In this document: piece by piece, positions 35,540 to 49,025 of the stretch
Layout: each line of letters begins with the position of its first letter
How positions within the stretch are numbered: the first letter of the stretch is position 1
Assembly: GCA_008632985.1 (NCBI GenBank)
Contig: QPGO01000202.1
Span: forward strand, 1-64,000
Origin: Psammoneis japonica
Lineage: Eukaryota
Length of the DNA stretch: 64,000 nt
Direction: 5' to 3'
Made by a program: the position numbers and the translations under genes
Notes under the pieces: model-generated
Seen by the model: the letters and a program-made list of their open reading frames with translations, nothing else
The model's database searches: none
Told to the model about the DNA's origin: nothing

Positions 35540-38500
35540 AAAACACATTTTTATGCTAAAACGATGATTCTTGTCTTTGCCACATGCCCCAAGAAGTTGT
35601 TCTTGGATGCACACTGGAATGTGTCACTGGCCGAGCACCCATGCTTGTGCATGGTGTGGTGTTGCAGTCTGCTTTCTTTGATGGGAGAACAGTGCCACAG
35701 CCCCTCCCACCTGCAGAAAGGGAAGGGGAGCCAACATCACTCATTGGTTTCACACCACCTGTAAACAACCCAGCTTGAAGATTTGGGATGGTGGTTGGAG
35801 TGAATGATGGGGGCAGAAAATTGTGCAAAAATTGTTGTGCAAACAGATGGGTGCCAGCAATGACACCCCCCACCTGCATGCCCACTCTCTCTGGGCTCCA
35901 GGTGCTGTGCATTTGAGCCCTTTTGATGACTTTGAAATGGGGTGACATTTGAGGGTTGCACTAGATTTTTTAACACCTGTTTGCCATCTACAAAGAGTTG
36001 CCCCATGTTGGCACCAAAGCGATCTAAGAAATGAGGCTCACAAATTTGACAGCAATTGTGTGCTGTCAGTGTCACAATGAAAAAGTGGCTGGAAAAGTCT
36101 GTGCAAATTTAAGCAGTGATTTTAAATGAGTTGACAAGCTGGTGTCATTTTGGTGCCACCTTTTCTCAAAAAGGAAAAAAATGATTTGTGTCAATGCAGT
36201 GCTCTTTCTTTTGGGGGTGCAGCCTTTGCAAGAAAAACCGTTGCAATGGTGACAGGCAAATGAGGCAGAAGCAAAGGGGGCACAAGGAGCAGCATTGGTT
36301 GCAGGTCAAAGAAGGGGAAAAATGCAAGGAAACCAATGTTGCAAATCACCCTCCCCAGCCACTGCTGCCAGAAGAAGCACCAACACCAATGCCGACATGT
36401 GACAATGATGCTGACAACCAAGAAGAAGACTTGTTTGAGATTGAAGAGGCTGGCATCACTTTGGACTCCATGTTGGAAGACAGAGATGAACTGCCAAACC
36501 AGCTCTCCTGTTGCTCAGACACCAGAGAATTGCCATCACCAGCTGCTTCAAAGTTCTTGGTGCACCAGAAGATGAAGACTCAGGGAAAGGTCACAACAGG
36601 ATGGTTTCTACAATCAGAAACACACTCAAGCTTCCTGAGGGCACTGATGTCACTCCTGTCTTTCATGCTCTTTTGGAGTGCCAACAAAAGAGCATGCTGC
36701 ATGATGGAGAACACCACAAGATCATTGGAAGCATCAATTCACACAGCAACAGGAGGGCTTCAGAAGCCAATGAACGTGGAGGGTCAGATTGCTGCAGACA
36801 CACAAGAAGATGAACTCAGCTCTTCTCAAAGTCAGCATGCTGGCTGTCAACCATCATTGCAAAGAATTGGGTGAAGACAGTGTGACAAAGTCAGCTGTCT
36901 CTTTTCACTTGTGAGGCAATGAAAGCCAAAATTTTCAAATTGAAACCACAGCCAAGGAAATCATGAGGGGAGCTCAAAAGGGGTGACTGCATGCAGTCTC
37001 TCTCCAACCCAATTTTTGATGCATCTTGGATTTCTGGATTTGCAACAGAAAAAAGTGAAGGCAGCATCTCCCTGTCACTGACAACACCACCATTTGCATC
37101 CCAGAAAATTGGGGCAAGTCAAAGCTTGCTCAAACTTGACTTTCACAAATGGCTTGGTGAGACAAACCCATGAACAATGCATGGTTGGAAAGCTGAGCAA
37201 GAAAGTTTTCTTTTTGGTGTTTCCAAGAGATGAAAACAGGTGTCCGTTGTGATCTAGATGGAGCCTGTGCCAAGAAGAACATGTCAAATTTGCAAGTCAG
37301 TGAGCCTGTCAGGATGTGTTTGCATTGCAGACATTGTTGAGCACATGTGTGAGGTTGGCAAGGAGGTGTTCAAAGGGGTGGCACACAAAGACGATTTGTG
37401 TTTTTGGCATGATGCTCTGTCATCTCAATGACTGCAAAAGATGCAATTGAGCAGATGAAGAAAGAAGAGATTCACAAGCACTGGAGATCTCACTTGAGCT
37501 TGACTTGTGTCACAACTGTCCAAGCGTGCAAAAATGTGGGCAATTGTCCAGTTGGTGACACCCCACTGGTGTTGCCACTTGAAAACAGTCTCAAACATGA
37601 CCAGCATTGGGGTGCAAATTTCAGCCAGCAGGCTGCATCAAAGCTTCCTGCAGATGAGCAGAAGTTTGACTTGTCAACTCCAAAATGACCTGTTTTTGCA
37701 TGAAGCCACATCTGGGATCCAGAGACAGAACTGGCTTTTCCCCACATGGACAAATTGTGTGGGACATGATGAAGGTGCCACAAGGTTGGAAGGAAGCTTG
37801 TCTTGCCAATGGAGCCCATGTTCACACAGAGCTGAAAAAGGAAATGGCTCAAGAGAGCAGAGCCACAAAGGGACAACAACAAGTGGGTGCACAAACAAGC
37901 AAAGATGGTTGTGGTGATGGGTGCACAAAGCTCCTTCCCAATGCAATGAGACATCTTGAAGCCAACAACAAGGGCTCAAATGACAAAAATGACAGCAAAG
38001 AAAGAAGCAGAGCTGGTGCACTCAGTTTGGTTTTGCCTGTTTGCCCCCCCCCCCCCCCCAAAAAAAAAAATGGCCAGGGCAAGGGGGAGAGTTTCCTTTC
38101 CTTCTTGGGGCAGAACACCCAGGAATTGAGGGAAATTTGGTGTGAAGGAATGCCTGAAAGAGCTCAGAGGAGGGCAACAAAAAATGAGTGGATTGGAGCA
38201 ATTGTCAAGTGATTTTGTTTGGGCTTCAATGTCAGTTGCACTGGCGGCAGCTTGTGGCCAGTTCTGTGTCATGCCAATCCCAGCCATCTTGGCATGGACA
38301 AACCCAAACTGCTGGACCTTGCCAATGGGACCACCAAGGCCCTTGAGCAAGCAACCAACAGACACAATGAAAACAAGTGTCAAATGCTGTGCCAGAGTTG
38401 TCATCTGCAACATCGTGGGTTGCCCTGAAATTGATTTTTTTTTCTCAGACTGGTCCACTGAGGGATGTGAAGTGTGACAATGTCAAGAGAAAAATTGTGG

Positions 38501-39300
38501 AGCAGGTGCAAGGTGCAATGCATGGCACAGAAGAAAGATGCCGTTCTGACTTCTGCACCTTTGAGGAGGCACGCGCCTCTGCCATGACTGGCAAGCTTTG
38601 ACTGGTTCACAAGTGCAGCATGCACAGCATGACTTGAACCAGAGCCAAACACACAACAAAGTCATTTCACCCACAGCATCATGGTTGAGCACAATTTGGG
38701 TGGAAAGAGACAGTGGTTGAGTGAGAGCAATGCCTTTGAAGAAGACAGAACAAACACAAATCACACTCACACTCACATGAGCAGTCGGCAACCTCCAGGG
38801 ACATCACTGCAACCACAGAAAACACCAAACAGAGGCTCTGCAATGCATCTGAATGAATGCCAGAGCTCACCAGGCTTCTTCCAGGGAAGGTCAACTGTGA
38901 TGCCAAGGACTTGCCAGCTGTCATCTTGCAACTCATGCTGCTGGGCGGGTGCACGCAGTTCCAGGCCCATCATTTTCAGACAAACTGCAGATGCCATCCA
39001 CTCAACAGTGCCCTCAGCAACCTGCAACTCAAAGGATCTGCAAAAGAACTCTGCTGCTTGACAAGAGGTGATTCTGATTGGCAAGGCAACAAGAACCAAC
39101 CCAAAGGAATCAGTTGGTTGTGACCAACTCACTTGATCACAGAGTTCAATGTGTGATTTGTGTTTTTGTTGCTGAAAAGCAATCAAGGGAAGAATTCAAC
39201 TGTGCAACATGAGAAATCTCTGAGGCCGTGAAGCAACTGAGGCTGCCCAGTCGGTCGTGACCAACTCACTGAATCATAGAATTCGCTCTTGAAGAAGCAA
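35540..39300 (+). mobile_element. Decayed DNA transposon block including a Tc1/mariner-like DDE remnant (about 36900-37850)
   Basis: TA- and CG-depleted. FWHDALS...MTAKDAIEQMK...W and GDTPLVLPLENSL resemble the second- and third-acid regions of IS630-Tc1-like transposases. Partly duplicated at 7463-8858. Confidence 0.45.
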
Positions 39301-39834
39301 AAATGCAGAAAATTACAACAATTCTGGCTAGAACAGAAAAAGAAAATCATGCGCACTGCAGAGCAATCCCACTCGACATTCTTTTAGGCTCCTCTCTAGT
39401 AGAGTAGAGCTGACTTTGCAGTAAGTACGAAGTACGAGGCATGTTTGTTTCAACTCGTGTTTGAAAGATCCATCTTCCGCCATCTTCCTTTCTTGCCCAT
39501 GCACAGTAATCAACGTCTACCTTGAGCCTTTTGGATGGGTGTGCACCATTGGTTGATTTGTACAGTAGCTTGAACAGGTATCTAATAGTCATTGGCAATC
39601 CGATTAGGCCGACATGCCATAGGCCACGGTACGAGACATTCTACAAGAGTAATGCTTTACAAATAAATACAAACGAGACAAATATTTATCGTTATTGGAA
39701 CTACATCTCGGATCCAATTCAGCTGCCGTCTGTCTAAATAATACAATCCTGTTTCCTACCAAGGCTATGCTGCGCAAACATTACGTAGCATCTTCTTAGA
39801 GCAAAGTAAGTAGTAGGTCATTCGACGTCTCTAC

Positions 39835-41308
39835 TCATTTCGGGTAATAATTGTACGCAAGAAGATACTTCTCCGCCGCCGAGAATCGGCCGCCATGCGA
39901 GTCAATCTTGACCTTGACATGGGCGGGCCCGACAATGCGAGAGGATGTAATGTTGACACTTGTAGGGGGCAATGTGTCGTCTGGGTTGTTATGTTTCACC
40001 CCTACAGCCTTCACGTATGGCTGCTTTCGCTTGTGATCTGCATCCGTCGCAGAAATCATGGCTCCTTCTAGAGACCTCGTGTACACGACAATGTCCAAAG
40101 CCTCACCAGTTTTGACTTCAACACTGTGTGAGTTATGTCCTCTCACATGCACCAGCTCTGTGGAATGACGCAACATGTGGCCAGGGCGACTCTCCAAAAT
40201 GGTGGCTTCAGTGGTCGGTCCCTGGCCACCATAGTCGCTGGGTAGATCGGAAAGCGGGACCAACTCCCGGAGTCTCTTTTCCATCGCACCACGACCAGAG
40301 ATGACCTCAACCTTGGCAGCCGTTCGTGCATCTACCCAGCCTTTGACAACCCTCCAAGTAGCCGAAAAGAAACGTGGAGCATTGACAATGATCATTTTGG
40401 ACATGGTCTCTGGGAAGCATAGTGAATCAATGAAGGACTGTTGCTTGACGATCGTCATGGCTCGGCTTGAAAGCTTTCCCGCCGTAAGATGTTCTAGATC
40501 AAGAATACAAAAACACTCAAAGCTACAAATACAGGTATGAGGGCATCAGTAGATGTGAGAATACAGCAAAAGGATTCAGAGATGAAAAAATTCCTTTCCC
40601 TACTTACCGCACAAACTCAGGATCTTCTGCCTTCTTAGCACGGAGTCTCTTTGCGAAATCGTGCATCATGGCATGCCAGTGGTATCGAATAATCCCATTG
40701 AGGGTCGTAATACACTCCATTGCATCCACGTCGAGTTCGCCAGGCTTGGATATAAACAGGACGGCTCCGTTCTTCGCATTCCCACAGTACAGCTGAGGAT
40801 ACTGCGCAAAGAAAACACTCGGATCACACCCGAGCGCATCCTTCGCCTCGGGATAAAAGTCGTGATCCCTCGCATCCGCGCGGCACTCCGTCGCCTCTTC
40901 GACCATTTTGATCACGTCCTCGTAGACAAACTTTCGCGCCCGGAGCCATCGGCAGAGCGCGTGAGCTTCCCCCTCTTCCTCGCCAAAGCAGTAAATTGTG
41001 TTGCGAAATTCACCGCCACGTTTCTCCACTTCTGTACGGAACTTGAGATACACGTCTACTTCTTCCTTGGTCAACTCCCCGGGCATACCCCACATGGAAG
41101 GCTCGGTAAGTTTGCCTTTGGATTTGCCTCGGCCCAACCGGTTCCGGACAGTGGTACGGACAGACAATCGCTTTCGCATTGTTGTGTTGGGTGAATCGGG
41201 AGAGCCTTCACCCGTTGTCGAGTGATGCATCAAGTGCTCTGCATCCCAGTGTTGTTGTTCGCCAACCATCACCTTGGGACTGCCGTTTCCGTTCTCTCCC
41301 GTCGTCAT
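39835..41308 (-). CDS. Sec14/CRAL-TRIO lipid-binding protein, 2 exons (41308-40608, 40522-39835)
   Basis: LCRWLRARKF and FPETMSKMIIVNAPRFFSATWRVVKGWVDARTAAKV...LPSDYGG. An 85-nt GTAAGT...TAG intron at 40607-40523 joins the exons in frame. Confidence 0.92.
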
Positions 41309-41725
41309 GGTCTTGCATACCCAGTAAGTCGAGATCGACGTGTTGGTGTGACCGGCTCTCTTTGTGGGATGACTTGCGTGTGTCTGTTTGTGGAAAAATG
41401 TGAGACCCCAACGGCTCTCACGCAGTACCGGAAACGCGTAGAAACTACGTATCATTGCCACAGACGTAGACAACCACGTGAAATCTGGTACAAACGATAT
41501 GATGACGTCTCTGATTTATGGAGGACTCTATTTGAGAAGATTCGATTGGTTAAAAAGTCTACAGAGGGCAATATGGTCGGTTTTGTGTACAAAATATTGA
41601 CAGGCGGACAGACACAGCGGACTGACCACTGACGGACCAATCTTTTGAATTTCCCGCCATCCATCTTTCTCATTTTTCTTGATCTGCATCCCAACTGTTT
41701 TGTTTCAAGCAAACAATTTCATACC

Positions 41726-43102
41726 ATGGGCAAGAAATCCAATGCACAAATCAAACGCATGAAGCTTCGGGCTGCTGCTCGAGGAGAAGAGTACGTGGAA
41801 CCAAGAGAATTTGTGGAGCGAAAACAAAAGACGCAGAGGTTGGATGCTGTCTTGAAACTTCAAACGGAGCTAAAGAACATTGAAGAAAACGAATCACTCA
41901 AAGCCAAGGAGCGTCGATCCGCGAAACGAAAAGCGGAAGCAATTGCTTCGGAGGAAGCTGGCTGCTCTTTTGAAGAATTGATGGAATGGTACAACAACAA
42001 TAACAACGAAACACAAAAGACGAGCAGCGCCGACGAACAAAAACTCGCCACTGCGCAACAGCTCCAGAGCAGCTCGAAACCATTGAGAACGACGAAAGCC
42101 TGAATCAAAGGACCGCAGATCTGCAAAACGAAAAGCAGAAGCCATTGCAGCGGAAAAATTGGGCTGCACAGCGGAAGAGCTATTGGAATGGTACAGTCAA
42201 AACAAAAAGAACAGTTCTAGCAGAAAAAAGAACAAGGACGGCAACGACGACGACGACGAAAAGTCCTTTCACAACCCGTACGTTGTCTTTGTTGGTCAAC
42301 TTGCCTACACGACTACTCGTGAAGGCTTGTTCCAACATTTCCAGAAGGAACTAGAAAAGGAATATACATTGACAAACGAGATGCTTCGTGTCCGACTCTT
42401 GACCGACAGTAAAACGAAAAAGTCCAAAGGCATGGCTTTTGTAGAAACAACAGACCCCGAACTGTTGTACGCTTGCCTCAAACTTCATCATACACAATTG
42501 GATGGAAGAAGGATCAACGTGGAACGAAGTGCGGGTGGGAAGCGCAACAGTGACGCGCGCAAGTCCAAGATTGCACAGTATCGCAAAGAACAGGAGAAGT
42601 ACATGTCTGAAACCGTGACAAGATGTTGCAAGATTACAAGGCAAGTGGTGACCTGGAGGAAGATGAGTTAGATGAGGGTGTCATTTCTCTATGCAAGCGT
42701 CATTCCGCGTCAACGGTAGAGGCTGCGCTGGGAGAATATGTCGAAGCAAGAGGTCGAGAAATGGACAACCCCAGTGCGTACTTGACCTTTATCATTGGAA
42801 GAATAGCATCAGAAGGCGTCACTGAACAAAAGAGCAATGATAAATTCAACAAGAATAAGGGAAGAGATAGTAGCGCCTCAAGTGGTCGAGGTAAGAGCCG
42901 TGCAGGTGATCCAGGGAAGAAACGACAGCTTCCAGAAGATACACACGGCACCATGGGAAACAAGCTGCAGAAGCAATCCGAATTCTCCAAAGCTGGTGTT
43001 GACATGAGCATAAGCAGTGAAACAAATAACGATGGCGGGAATATCTCAAAGATATTTCCTTCCATCAGCCGCGGCCGGGGAAGAGGTAGAGGTTACATGT
43101 AG
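41726..43102 (+). CDS. RRM RNA-binding protein (nucleolar-type) with three apparent single-base frameshifts
   Basis: RNP2 VFVGQL, RNP1 KGMAFVE, LDGRRINVE, a duplicated RRSAKRKAEAIA unit and a C-terminal RGRGRG. Shifts near 42070, 42103 and 42617. Confidence 0.85.
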
Positions 43103-43140
43103 TGTGTAGCAATTTTCAGTTGCGCCAAAGACGTCTTGGT

Positions 43141-44802
43141 TTATATCAACGTAGAAGTAATTGCGACCGCCTTTTTTCTCCGACCACGCTTTGGAGACCA
43201 ATTGAATCCTAAGGCATCTAGTTGAGCACGACGTGCGCTCGCTGTGCTGCCCTTCAAGTAAGCACCTTTTAGACGAATGTCTTTCAGGCGCTGCCCGAGA
43301 GGGAGGCCCCACAATTGTTCTGAACGGCATCAAGAAACAAACAACGCAAGCAGCATCTGTAAGGAACATTAATACAGCAAACCAGAAAACAGAAAACGCT
43401 CCATCGAAAAGGCATACCTGGCCACGGCCACGCATCATCGCTGCCAATGATGCTATCATGGTGCTCGTCTCCGTCATGAGACACTTTCGGCGGAGCAGGA
43501 ACCACAAAATTGGCCGGAACGTCTAGGACTCTGTTGTGCATCTTTGAATAGATTGCCGCGGCATGAACAACCTCAAGCCATCCAAGAGTCGCATTTCCGC
43601 TCCATTGAAAACCAATTTGCTCCAGAGCTGCCTGGCGTTCTGGGAAATTCTTGACGTACAGTTGTTTTTGTCGAACTGCCGAACATTTCGCACCCAGTGG
43701 AAACCCCCACAGATCTTTAGGCCATCCACTCTCTTCACCTTTGGGAACCACAAACGTCGATGGGATTCGGAGTACTCTAAAGCTGCTAGCAGCTCCGGGC
43801 CATTCTAGCCTTTCTAGCTTTGAAAAATGCCGCAAGGCTTTATAGAATTTGCGAAAGCGGTGGTCATTAACTTCCCAAACAAAATCTAGGCCATCCAGTT
43901 GTGCCTTACGAGAAGCAGCATTATTGCCTTGCAGGAAATCTCCTCTAGACCGAATTCGATAAGCGTACCTGCCAAGTTGTAGCCCCCAAGTTCCCATAGA
44001 GTATTGCTTGTCTCCATGAGGTACAGTAAATGATATCGGAACCATGAGATGGCCGTTAAGTGAGGAGTACGTTATGAATGCTTCTAGAACAAGATTCCAA
44101 ACTGGTTGAAGACGCTCCCAGACAAATCCGAGCTTGTTCAGTTCTGCGACTCGATCTGGATTCTGCTTCACGTGTTTTTGCCACCACTTCATGTCATACA
44201 CTGTTCCTGCCAAGTCTAATCCATGCCACTCACTAGGATAATCTAATAGAAAGCACTAATTGTCAGAAAATTCCGAAGGAATTGATTCTTTTGAACGGTA
44301 TCCTGAATTTTACCTACCTTCCTTTCAGGAACGACATATCGGGGCAAAATGGCAAGATCACCGTGAACGGCGTGATAAGCTTTCAATGCCTGAACGGTAG
44401 ACTCGTAGGGCAGATGTGATCCCTTGGCCGGGCGTGTTCCTAGTGTCACTTGAGAAAACTTAGGTTTCTTCGCAGCCGCAGCAGCATGCCTCTTATTGGG
44501 CGAATTTTCTGTTGTGCTTCAGGCTTGTCGGATACTTCCTTTCCAGGCACTGCAACACGCCCTCGATTGGACCTCGACTCGCGTATTCGCCGTGCTATTC
44601 CAGTAGAAACCAATGCTCCCGTCGCAACCGAGGCGGATGGTCTCGAGACAAGATCTTTGTGAGTAATCTTTGCCTGTAAAGGCTGTGATTCAACACGCGG
44701 CTCGAACCCGAAAGGACCAGCATGCGACCCATGGAACGATTCACTTCCCTGAACAACAAGCAAAAGCGCCGCACTGCATAAACGAAATCCACGAGATATC
44801 AT
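43141..44802 (-). CDS. Helicase-associated (HA) repeat protein with a signal peptide, multi-exon
   Basis: Repeated HGxLxVP...LG...LxxLGFxW units. Introns at about 44245-44317 and 43320-43417, stop TAA at 43141. Possible frameshift in exon 1 near 44450. Confidence 0.8.
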
Positions 44803-45175
44803 GATCTGTCTAACAAACTCGAATGCATATGGGCACTTTCTTCTTCCTCGATAAAGGTGTTCTTTGCTTTGTGGCGCCTATCATCGATCAATCTCAAATC
44901 GTCATCGTTGGCCTGTGGCGTTGGAGGGAGAAAAATGAAATCCCGGAATTGGTGACGTCATCAGCTCATCAGGTGAATGATGACGTATGACAACTTTGAG
45001 CCAATTGGGCCGGAGAAGATCTAACGACAAGATGGTTAGAAGTACCGGTACTGTAGACTCTAGCTAGCCCTACAGTAGGAACCACTCTCTACTAGCCGGA
45101 GAAAACAGCCCTGCATGTCACTCAAAGCCATCTAGTTGAGTTAAGATTCCTCTCGCCAAAGATAAAGTTTGTGTC

Positions 45176-46266
45176 CTATGAAAAGGTTTTTACAAAGTAA
45201 CCTATTGTAGCCGCCTTTCCTGCCCAGAATGGATTCCATCTTTCACCAACATCGTTGTATCCTTCGTTTTTATACAGATTCAATGCTGCCTTATTTTCAA
45301 GGTCTACATGAAGATAAAGCTTTGAATACCCCCACGTCGTTGTTGCGATGTCTTCCACACATCGAACCAATGCCTTTCCTATACTCTTTCTCCGGAACTT
45401 CTCATCCACGCAAAGATTACTCAAGTATGGTTGCAAGTCTCTAGCACGATCCTTACTTCCGACTCCGATCTTGGCAGCAATATTCCGCTCGATCTTGTCC
45501 ACCCATGGCCAACTAAAAGGTATTTTTGCATCGCAAGGCTGTCAATAAGAGGGGGGGGCGTTAATACAGAATCTGTGATTTCGAGTAAGAAGGTTACAAG
45601 CCACAAGGTCGACTTATGTTGTCATACCTGAAGACGGAGCTCTACGGATGCAATCACGTCAATATGCCAATTGCTATCCGGGTTTTGCTTTGCGAGTGCG
45701 AGAACTAGCGACGTTCTCGCCGCTTCCACAAGTTTTTCCTCTCGAGACATGCCATTCACGCGTGGAGGGGATATATTTAAGTTACGTAAACGCCCTTTCA
45801 ATCGACCTCGCAACCCGGACAAGACCTCCGCATAGGCTACAAGTCCAGAATATCCATTGAGTATGTTCACTGCTGGCTGAAAAAATTCACGTTCAAACTT
45901 GGAAAGATCGGTGCTCAATGCAATTGTATCTGAATCAAACGCATCAATGACAAACCGTGAGAGATCCGGGAGATCGTCTTCTTCGACAAGGCATAGTTCA
46001 TAAATTTCTTCATTGTCGCTTTCCAAGCGCCCCAGTGCATCCAGATTGCATCGGTGGTCATCTGATTTCGATAAAAAGTTAATGTCGGAAGCAAACTTCG
46101 AAATGGGGACCAAATTGACGCGAGACAATGATCGCACGTCATTGTACGAGCACATGGATCTGGTGATCGAGAACGATGAACACGGGCTCACCCAGGCGAA
46201 GGCGCCACATTTCAAAACTATTGTACCGGTGATAATACACGCAACTAGCCGACTTGGTTGTCTCAT
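45176..46266 (-). CDS. GNAT-family acetyltransferase, probably plastid-targeted, 2 exons (46266-45628, 45538-45176)
   Basis: PYLSNLCVDEKFRRKSIGKALV, LYLHVD, N.AALNLY...GY. An 89-nt GT-AG intron at 45627-45539 keeps the frame. Confidence 0.9.
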
Positions 46267-46861
46267 CGTCAACGTTCAGCCAGATGAATCTCTCACTGGA
46301 AGTCGAAACTATGCACTCGAGACTTATTGGTACCTACTAGCAATTCATCAAATCGACCAATTCAAGAGGATCACATTCACTTCCGTCGGTTTCTTCTCTT
46401 CCAGCATCGCTGTGCAGAGCTAGCTCACCTGGTTGGGGCTCACCCCACTGCGCTATTCGCCGGCTTGAGGTTGTCGTGGTGGAATCTTTTGGTGGCGCTT
46501 CTCCGGGTTTCTTGGAAAGCTGCCAACGACGACGGCTCGAGGCTCGAGGCAAAACAATGTTGTCCTTTGCACAAACAGGACCTTAAAAGGATTCAGAGGG
46601 ATCGACTATTCAATAACAATCTCAGTAAGGTGTGAGAGCGCAACACATTTTTAACTCCTACTAGAAAACAAAACTCGCAACTCTTACTACATTGGACTAG
46701 AGCATAGACTACATTCCTTAATCGAGGAAACTGTGCTTGGGAGCTAAATCAATGCCTTTCACGAAAAAAAGAAACTATTCCTCTCTTTCAAACTAACATT
46801 CCTGAAAGTTCCTACTCAACAACGGTTGTGTCTCCGATGCATCCTCCTGCAAGACCCGTAG

Positions 46862-47927
46862 TCATTTGCCCTTCTTCGACGCTTCTTCCGCCAACCTAGC
46901 GTCCTTCTTGATTCCTCGTTTGCGAATACCAAGGTGCATATTTTTAATAATATGAGCCACAACACTGTCTGGAAGGTGATCCATGACAAATCCCATGAGA
47001 GCATGAATCCACAGAGGCGACACAACAGCATCAGCGTATCCAATCTGTTTCATGCCGAGCGCGACATAGGCCTTTGGAGTAGGCACTGTGAGACTCTTGC
47101 GCAACTTCGCAAGTTTGGTGGCAACGTAGAATGGAATCTGACACTGACAGGTGATTCCCTTGCTAGAGTATTCAGAGTTGAGAGCACGAGAGAACTTTTC
47201 GATGTAGCTCTTAGCTGCCGAGTACTCGGCTAGGAGCGGTAAGGTGTACATGGCAGATCCAGAGGAGATGTTGACAATGGCCCCTCTTTTGCGTTCAACC
47301 ATACCGCCTATAACCATTTTCGTCATCCACGTGGTGGAGCTAACATTCATTTCCATGAGAGCAGCAACCTCTTCTGGTGGGAGTTCATGAAAGTACCTGG
47401 GATAGCGGTAACTCATTCCGACATTGTTGATCAGAACGCCAACATCCAAATCTTTGATAGCATTGTTCACTTTGTCCCGGGCCTTTTGGTCGAAGTTAGA
47501 GTAGTCACAAACAACATACTTCGTTTCGACACCATCGTAACCCTTTTCTTTGATCTCCTTCTCTAGATCCTGAAGCTTGGCTTCCGTCCTGCTGATGAGC
47601 ACGACGCTCATTCCCTTTTTCGCCAGAGCAAGAGCATACTCTCTTCCAATTCCATCAGTGCAGCCGGTTACGACAGCCCACTGACCGAGCTTCCTCAAGT
47701 TTTTGCCGGGACGAATAAAGAGTTTGAAAACGGAAGTCAACGTCTTCGGGCGAGGGAGATTCGGAGTGCGGTGAGAGAGAAATTCGGAAGCAGGCAGCGC
47801 TACAGAAGAACTAATCGTTTTCTCGACGTACCTTTGACGCAAAAGAGAGTACAACAAGCGAGCCGACAACTGCGAGACCTGCGACAACAGGGTCTGCCTC
47901 TTTGACTGCGTTAACAAACGACGACAT
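46862..47927 (-). CDS. Very-long-chain 3-oxoacyl-CoA reductase (KCR / HSD17B12-like SDR), 2 exons (47927-47832, 47743-46862)
   Basis: WAVVTGCTDGIG, LINNVG, NISS, YSAAK and PFYVATK. A 32-codon hydrophobic exon 1 and an 88-nt GTAC...AAG intron. Confidence 0.92.
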
Positions 47928-48149
47928 GTTCACTAAAATTGTGACTAAAGAAGGGCGACAACGACGTGGGAAAAAATGCGCCCTTCGTTTCTCGATGACG
48001 TGCGTGCGTGAAGTTCAACTTTTCCCGCGCAAAAGTCAAAAAATTGATTCGCGCGTTTCGAAGTCGGGCGACGGACGGAACGGTCGATTATTTTGTGTTC
48101 AGTGTGTGCGTGTAGTGTGCACCACAAAGAGACAGCCCGGGACAAGACA

Positions 48150-48740
48150 GCAATGAGTGTGTGCGCCACACTGTCAAGAGGTTTTCCATGCAGAGGCAAT
48201 GGAAAAACACAATGCCATGTCTTGTTTCCTATTTTCTTTGCCAGCAAGAAGGAAAGAGGGGAGCGAGAATGTGTTGAAAAGAAAAAAGAGGAGGAGGAGG
48301 AGCGCTTTTGTGCTCTGCCCTTCTTTTCGACTTGATCCTTGTTTGTCATTGTTGCACCATGCTGGCCACCCCACCACAACCAGCTGCAATGAAAAAAGGC
48401 TTGGTGGCAGCGTCAAGTGCACACTGGTGTGCAAGGTTGTCCGTTGCTCTTGTTGTCTGTTTCACGCAGACACAGCTGCTCTCTGCCAGCCACAAAACCT
48501 CTCTCTCCAGCACCATCTCCTCCTGCCTCTCAGCATGACAGACCTTGTGGTGTTGTGACATGGGTGCTGAAAGTTGTGGGGTTTTGAAGCACAGCTCTGG
48601 AACATGGACTGTTGAACACAGCCCCTTGTGTTGCTCTGGAAGAAAGTTGTGGCTGGCTGGTGGTGTCAAAAATGTGGCCAAGGCTGAGGTGCTATTGCAA
48701 TGGAAGCAAAGATCTCCACTGACAACTTGTAAGAAGCCAT
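48150..48740. mobile_element. Small TA/CG-depleted decayed repeat island between host genes
   Basis: Abrupt loss of TpA and CpG relative to both flanks. No intact ORF. Confidence 0.45.
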
Positions 48741-49025
48741 GTAGGATAAAGTCGTGAGTGTGGAGATTGCTTCCAGGGGATTGGCTGCTTTGCAAATCTT
48801 CTTCTTCTCGAGGTTCATACGACGATTTCATTGTGTCAGCCCCACATCATCTTAGCCACCACCCACAGTGATCGGAGGAAAAGACTTAGGAACAAGAAAA
48901 TGACTAAATGAACTCATTTTGAACTGCTGAACTCTACTCTGATGTAACTGATATGAGACATGTAAGCGATTGCAAGGAATGCAGTCCGGGCATCTGTCCC
49001 GACTCTTACAGTACAAATGATGAGG

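Noticed and set aside
41726..44802. Frameshifts in the RRM and HA genes (and near 35025) as programmed frameshifting or pseudogenisation
   Set aside because: Single missing bases in otherwise well-conserved genes fit long-read assembly indels better. Raw reads are needed to settle it.
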